In this document: positions 58,548-64,000 of the stretch, in pieces
How the letters are laid out: every line of letters starts with the position of its first letter
How positions within the stretch are numbered: position 1 is the first letter of the stretch
Assembly (NCBI GenBank): GCA_951406725.2
Contig: OX597833.1
Coordinates: 65,224,001-65,288,000, forward strand
DNA: 64,000 bases
Reading direction: 5' to 3'
Source: Octopus vulgaris
Lineage: Eukaryota
Notes under the pieces: generated by a model
What the model was told of the DNA's origin: nothing
Databases searched by the model: none
Seen by the model: only the letters and a program-made list of their open reading frames with translations
Program-made: the position numbers and the translations under genes

Positions 58548-58900
58548 TTTTAATCGAGCAAATTGACCCCGGGACTTATTCTTTGTAAGCCCAGTACTTA
58601 TTCAATCGGTCTCTTTTGCCGAACCGCTAAGTGACGGGGACGTAAATACACCAGCATAGGTTGTCAAGCAACGCTAGAGGGACAAACACAGACACACAAA
58701 CATATACACACACATACACATATGTATATATATATATATACATATGACAGGCTTCTTTCAGTTTCCGTCTACCAAATCCACTCACAAGGATTTGGTCGGC
58801 CCGAGGCTAGAGCAGAAATCACTTGCCCAAGATGCCACGCAGTGGGACTGGACCCGGAACCATGTGGTTGGTTAGCAAGCTACTTACCACACAGCCACTC
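58548..58900 (-). mobile_element. SINE group B, near full length
   Basis: High similarity to 52191-52648. Confidence 0.9.
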
Positions 58901-59112
58901 TTTGTTTCTCTTTTTTGTTTCCAATCAGTTCCGTGTATTCCGTCCATAAAGTGTCGTAACCTTGGGGTATTCTTCAGACGATAAACATAAGAACCGCTGC
59001 CATTTTGCTCTTCAATGTTTCTTCATTTATTTATTTTTGGTACATGACTGCTGCTTCTAGCCGAACGAGCGTCCACATAAAGCTTCCTTCTTTAGTATAT
59101 ATATATATATAT

Positions 59113-59502
59113 ATACAAATAAAAGAAAGAATGGAGTTGAACGACGAATTAACAAAATTGGGCTCCGTGTGGGCAGTCATCTAAAAGTTTTTGTGCATCT
59201 TGATGCTGACATAAGTTCCTTGTTTTTCCTGATGAGAAGGCAGCATAATGCACCCCTTATTCCTTCGAAATTAGGAATATGCAGCCTTCGAAACATATGT
59301 CGAAAATAAAGGAATTTTGTTAATTCGTCGTTCAACTCCATTCTTTCTTTTATTTGTATTTAAAAAAACACACAAATTCCCACACGAATGCACGTGATCT
59401 CTGCCCTAGGCATGTAGCTTCAACCGTGTTTTTTCTGACGTGAATTTGCTACCCAGGTATCGGTTAACCGAATTATCCATAATAAGATAATTCATTCAAC
59501 TA

Positions 59503-59507
<5 letters not shown>
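59113..59507 (+). mobile_element. PLE-type terminal repeat with canonical hammerhead and a 47-bp 5' inverted duplication
   Basis: Arms 59113-59159 and 59313-59359; (TA)n on both sides. Confidence 0.75.
59216..59314 (+). ncRNA. Type I hammerhead ribozyme, canonical core
   Basis: TTCCTTGTTTTTC-CTGATGA-GAAGGC.GCATA...TATGC.GCCTTC-GAAA-CATATG-TC-GAAAATAAAGGAA; palindromic stem III, GUC triplet. Confidence 0.8.
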
Positions 59508-59553
<46 letters not shown>

Positions 59554-60539
59554 GTATAATATCAATTTCTATATATAACAGTGTGTATTATTCAATCTTT
59601 GATTTTAAGATTAAGTCATATTTCCAGCTGGAAGCACAGATTCTAATATTAACAATGAAATGTTTATAAGCTTGTCTTCTAGGAATATTTGTAAATTTAG
59701 CGATTTTTTTTCACCTGCATTTAATAAACTTTACTCCTTTTTTTTTCTAAAATTTTATTATATTTTTTAATAATTATTAATTAAAGGCAACGGATCACGA
59801 AGCAATAACGTTTTATTCGCAGCATGTTTCTGTCAGGTCGTTTTTTATATTTTTATGTCTTTTATTATTTTTTTTTTACTAATTTTATTATTTTTGTAAT
59901 TTCTTTAATATCGTGTCTAAAATTGATTGCTTTTGTTAATCATCGAGTATAATCAAGCGGTGAATGAATATGAAGACAGGAGAGTAATTTTGCTTTAGTC
60001 TTCGAGACGTTGGTGTTTTAGCTACATAATTAACTCAAACTATCATATTATTCCAGTTCAGTTCATCTTACACAGAGAGAGACAGACAGACAGACGGTCA
60101 GAGAGAGAGACAGAGAGAGAGAAGTACTTGGATGAAAGTAATTGTATTTAAGAAATGAAAAAAAAAATAATTAATTAAGAACAAAATAATCATGATGTAA
60201 TATGAAGGAAAAGCAACGAAAAATAATATTTAAAACGTGTATTTAAAAAAAATTATAACACCTTGGGTCGATTTCGAAAATAAACAAATTAACGCAAGAA
60301 AAGGTTTATTAATATAGAAAATAATTAAAACGAATTCAACAACGAATAAAAATACAAAAGTATTATGATGAGAGTTAGGTACGGCCATCGATGTTTGTAT
60401 GTTCATTGCTTTGGAAGAGAACAAAGACAAAAAGATTTCAACAAATTACTAAATCCACTCCAAATACAATTAACGAATATTATACGGAAAAAAAAAACTA
60501 CAAATGAAATAAAATATAAAATAACAACAACATAAAACA

Positions 60540-60575
<36 letters not shown>

Positions 60576-60661
60576 CTCAAACATAGAATAATAATAATAA
60601 TAATGATAATGATGATTGTAATAATAATAATAATAATGATAATAATAATAATAATAATAGC

Positions 60662-60735
<74 letters not shown>

Positions 60736-60802
60736 TAATAATAATAATAATAATAATGATAATAATAATAATAATAATAATGATAATAATAATGATAATG
60801 AT

Positions 60803-60837
<35 letters not shown>

Positions 60838-60869
60838 TAATAATAATGATAATGATGATGATGATCATG

Positions 60870-60944
<75 letters not shown>

Positions 60945-60974
60945 GTAATAATAATAATGATAATGATATTAATA

Positions 60975-61006
<32 letters not shown>

Positions 61007-61028
61007 GATCATGATCATGATAATAATA
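60540..61028. repeat. (AAT/GAT)n microsatellite
   Basis: Seen directly. Confidence 0.95.
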
Positions 61029-61029
61029 G

Positions 61030-61222
61030 TTTCTTTATTGGCCACGGGGAGTCGAACACAAGATAAATAGAGACAATACAACACGGGGGAGGCTTGGGTT
61101 TTGCACAAAAATCGAGTAAACAATAAAATAGGAATCGCAACAATAAAATTCTCCAAAAGGGGAGAGGTCCTCACAGGGAAAACCGAGGAACCCCGCATAT
61201 TATGGGTATCCTGACCACCAAT
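61030..61222 (-). mobile_element. 3' UTR fragment of a Tx1-like LINE
   Basis: Ends CCCCGTGGCCAATAAAGAAA like the 3533 copy; GGTATCCTGACCACC resembles GGATTACCCGGACCACC at about 3995. Confidence 0.5.
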
Positions 61223-61309
61223 AATAATTCCATTATTATTGTTCTTATCATTATCATTATTATTATTGTCGTTGTTAAAGTTATTGATATTAGCAGTATT
61301 AAGACCGCA

Positions 61310-61915
61310 AGACCGCACAGTCGGTCGCACGTCGGACAAAACGCCTAACGGCATCTCGTCCATCGATACGTTCTGAGTTCACATTCCGCCGAGTTCCACT
61401 TTGCCCTCTATCATTTCGAGGTCGATAAAATAAGTACCAGTTGTGCACTGGGGTCGATGTAATCAGTTTAACCCTTTGCTGAACTTACTCTCTCTTTTAC
61501 TTGTTTCAGTCATTTGACTGCGGCCATGCTGGAGCACCGCCTTTAATCGAGCAACTCGACTCCGGGACTTATTCTTTTGTAAGCCCAGTACTTATTCTAT
61601 CGGTCTCTTTTGCCGAACCGCTAGCTGACGGGGACATAAACACATCAGCATCGGTTGTCAAGCAATGCTACGGGAACAAACACAGACGCACAAACACACA
61701 CACGCATATATATATACATATATACGACGGGCTTCTTTTCAGTTTCCGTCTACCAAATCCATTCACAAGGCTTTGGTCGGCCCAAGACTATAGTAGAAGA
61801 CACTTGCCCAAGGTGCCACGCAGTGGGACTGAACCCGGAACCATGTGGTTGGTAAACAAGCTACTTACCACACAGCCACTCCTGCGCCTTGTTGATCTTG
61901 TGCTAAAATTTGAAA
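61310..61915 (+). mobile_element. SINE group A interrupted in its tail by a group B SINE
   Basis: A body to about 61487; tail CTTGTGCTAAAATTTGAAA resumes after 61889. Confidence 0.75.
61490..61889 (-). mobile_element. SINE group B, full length, nested
   Basis: High similarity to 52191-52648. Confidence 0.9.
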
Positions 61916-62427
61916 GTTGACTTAGCCTTTCATTCTTTCGAGGTCGTTAAAAAAGTACCAGATGAGTAATGGCGTCGATGTAAGCGCCTTTCTCCAGTGC
62001 TAGTCGCTTACATGGAACCCGGTACTCAATTAGTACTTGTTTTATCGGCCCTGAAATGTTGGAAAGCATCGTTAACGTCGGCGGAATTCGAACTCAGAAT
62101 GTAAAATCAGATGAAATGCCACAAAGCATTGTGCCCGGTGCGAGAGTGAGGAGGCAAGATGGTAAAAAAATAAGGGCGAGGGATAAAAGCGAAATACAAA
62201 AGGGAAGGTGTTAGAGGAATTTGACAGAAGTGGGAGGTGGGAATAAGAATGCAATAAATAATTTTAAAAAATTATAATCAAATAAAAGAATTAAAATTAA
62301 ATAAAAGTAAATAAATAAATATACAATATTAAAATAAAGAAATAAAAATGATGAGAAGTAGAAGAATCATCCCAAACGACAAATATCAAGGTATTTTCGA
62401 GAATCTTCAAATGCAGCAAAATATATC

Positions 62428-62660
62428 TATTTCTTTACTACCCACAAGGGGCCAAACACAGTGATGACAAACAAAGACAAACAAACGGATTAAGTCGATT
62501 ATATCGACCCCAGTGCATAACTGGTACTTATTTAATCGACCCTGACAGGATGAAAGGCAAAGTCGACCTCGGCGGAATTTGAACTCAGAATGTAATGACA
62601 GACGAAATACTGCTAAGCATTTCGCCCGGCGTGCTAACGATTCTTCCACCTCGTCGCCTT
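62428..62660 (-). mobile_element. SINE group A, full length, with a 17-bp TSD
   Basis: ATGCAGCAAAATATATC (62411-62427) and ATGCAGCAAAGTATATC (62662-62678). Confidence 0.9.
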
Positions 62661-63237
62661 GATGCAGCAAAGTATATCGTCAGTGATCAGGTGGAAATTA
62701 ATGAGCGACGAAAATATTGACACCATATTAGAAGTAAATATTTAAGTGACTCGCACTGTGATTCAGTGTCTCTGAATTGCTTTAGTTTCGGTACACCACT
62801 TCAGGTGACAACAATTGCTATGTAAGTACATCTCCGTAACAAGGAGCAAAAAAATAATAAAATAAAATAGAAAAATAAATCTGCGATCAGCAGAGGATTT
62901 ACAAAAAAAAAATTTCAGATCTATTCATCTGTTTATGCTGAGAGAAGAATTTGAAAAATTAACGAAATAAAGTCTCTTATTTAAACTTATTATGGTGTTA
63001 AAGAATCTTCGGAGAAAATTTATCACAAATTGCTAATTTTTTTCTTTTTGTTGCTCTTCTACTCTGATTTTTTTTATATTAGACCGACCACATTTTTTGA
63101 GAACCACGTGGCGCTTTTCTCCCAGCGTAGGAGAGATTTCAATTCTTCTTTTTCACAGTCCTCTCAATATTTCTACTGTTTAAATGCTGATCGTTGAAAC
63201 TCAAGTTCAAAGTTGTTCTTTTAAAATAATCTTGCAG

Positions 63238-63291
63238 AATTTTGGGTGGAACAAAACATATTTGTGGACGATTTGCACTTCCATACTTTAG
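63238..63291 (+). CDS. Candidate 54-nt internal exon of an unknown host gene
   Basis: CTTGCAG| acceptor and AG|GTAAGG donor; length divisible by 3; open in two phases (FWVEQNIFVDDLHFHTL or ILGGTKHICGRFALPYF); product not recognised. Confidence 0.3.
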   Translation, partial: NFGWNKTYLWTICTSIL

Positions 63292-63371
63292 GTAAGGAGA
63301 ATGAACTCCCCATATTATTATCATATATATATACTATACATTTTATAACAAAATATTATTTCAATAAGTAT

Positions 63372-63430
<59 letters not shown>

Positions 63431-63485
63431 ATCCATAAATATATATATATAGAGAGAGAGAGAAAGAGAGAGATAGGTAGATACG

Positions 63486-63581
<96 letters not shown>

Positions 63582-64000
63582 ATTCTAAATAAGTTTCAAT
63601 TCAAACTTTGTTATTAATTTCTTCCTTATTTAGATATTTACGCCTCCAATCCAACGTACCCCGTCCGGAAACAAAATATTGCCACGCCTCCTTCAAGACG
63701 CAACGTATAAAACAATTAGACTGGTGTACGATGTACTAAGAGTTCGTACAGGTGGAACCAGAGTAGCAGGAGTGGCTTGTTACTGGCTCTTAGTTTTGAT
63801 CAAGTAGGTAGTGACCAGATAAATTGTTGTCCTAAGGAGTGTTGCACTCATTAACCAACATAATTTCAAGTTTCAACAACATAGATATACGCATAAGATG
63901 AAAACAATCTTGCTATTTCTGGAGTTTTCTATTTTCTATTTGCCTCTCAGCTCTCTCTTTTAAAAGATTGGCGCAACTTTTGTAGAGATTTCAGTGCATA

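Overview
Eukaryotic, very AT-rich and microsatellite-saturated DNA with no recognisable host gene. The SINE families and the density of (TA)n, (AAT)n and (GATA)n suggest an octopus intron or intergenic region (inference). Almost all ORFs in the supplied track come from microsatellites or are alternative frames of decayed retroelements. The window holds dozens of copies of three tRNA-derived SINE groups and decayed LINE fragments (L1/Tx1, R4/Dong-like RT and RLE, RTE). It also holds a dense set of Penelope-like element (PLE) remnants, mostly inserted in (TA)n tracts. About 13 minimal type I hammerhead-ribozyme motifs are visible by eye in these remnants, many with a 5' inverted duplication, and they show family-specific core variants (CUGANGA, CCGANGA, CUGUNGA, and compensatory U3-A8 UUGAAAA). 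The most striking locus is 40057-40508, which reconstructs into a terminally redundant, non-coding unit of about 362 nt carrying two hammerheads: a candidate retrozyme or circular-RNA element. All family assignments were made by eye and from memory of motifs; no searches were run.
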